Positions 63,991-64,000 of a DNA stretch of 64,000 bases are shown in pieces (the stretch's first letter is position 1; every line of letters starts with the position of its first letter). The position numbers and the translations under genes are program-made. Where the stretch lies: assembly GCF_009914755.1 (NCBI RefSeq), contig NC_060926.1; one strand, given 5' to 3'. The DNA is from the human T2T-CHM13v2.0 reference genome, Homo sapiens. The notes beneath the pieces were generated by a model. The model searched no databases. It was not told where the DNA came from and was given only the letters and a program-made list of their open reading frames with translations.

Positions 63991-64000
63991 AGGCACAGTA

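Overview
Primate (most likely human) repeat-rich genomic DNA with no intact protein-coding gene. It reads as a mosaic of segmental duplications. About 1-51.8 kb is a copy of the SLC9B1/CISD2 neighbourhood: the last five exons of an SLC9B1 (NHA1) paralogue on +, a full-length PABPC1 processed pseudogene on - split by an LTR, and an orphan CISD2 last exon plus long 3'UTR on - whose CDGSH cysteine has become Trp. At about 51.8 kb the sequence switches to subtelomere-type DNA (TAR1 plus a degenerate TTAGGG array), which is joined directly to a 3'-truncated old L1 carrying a young SVA. The left end has an unusual double L1 with a non-L1 spacer inside a single 20-bp target-site duplication. Gene and repeat-subfamily names come from recalled consensus sequences, not database searches, and most repeat boundaries are approximate. 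I found no convincing new biological system; the points of interest are structural and evolutionary.
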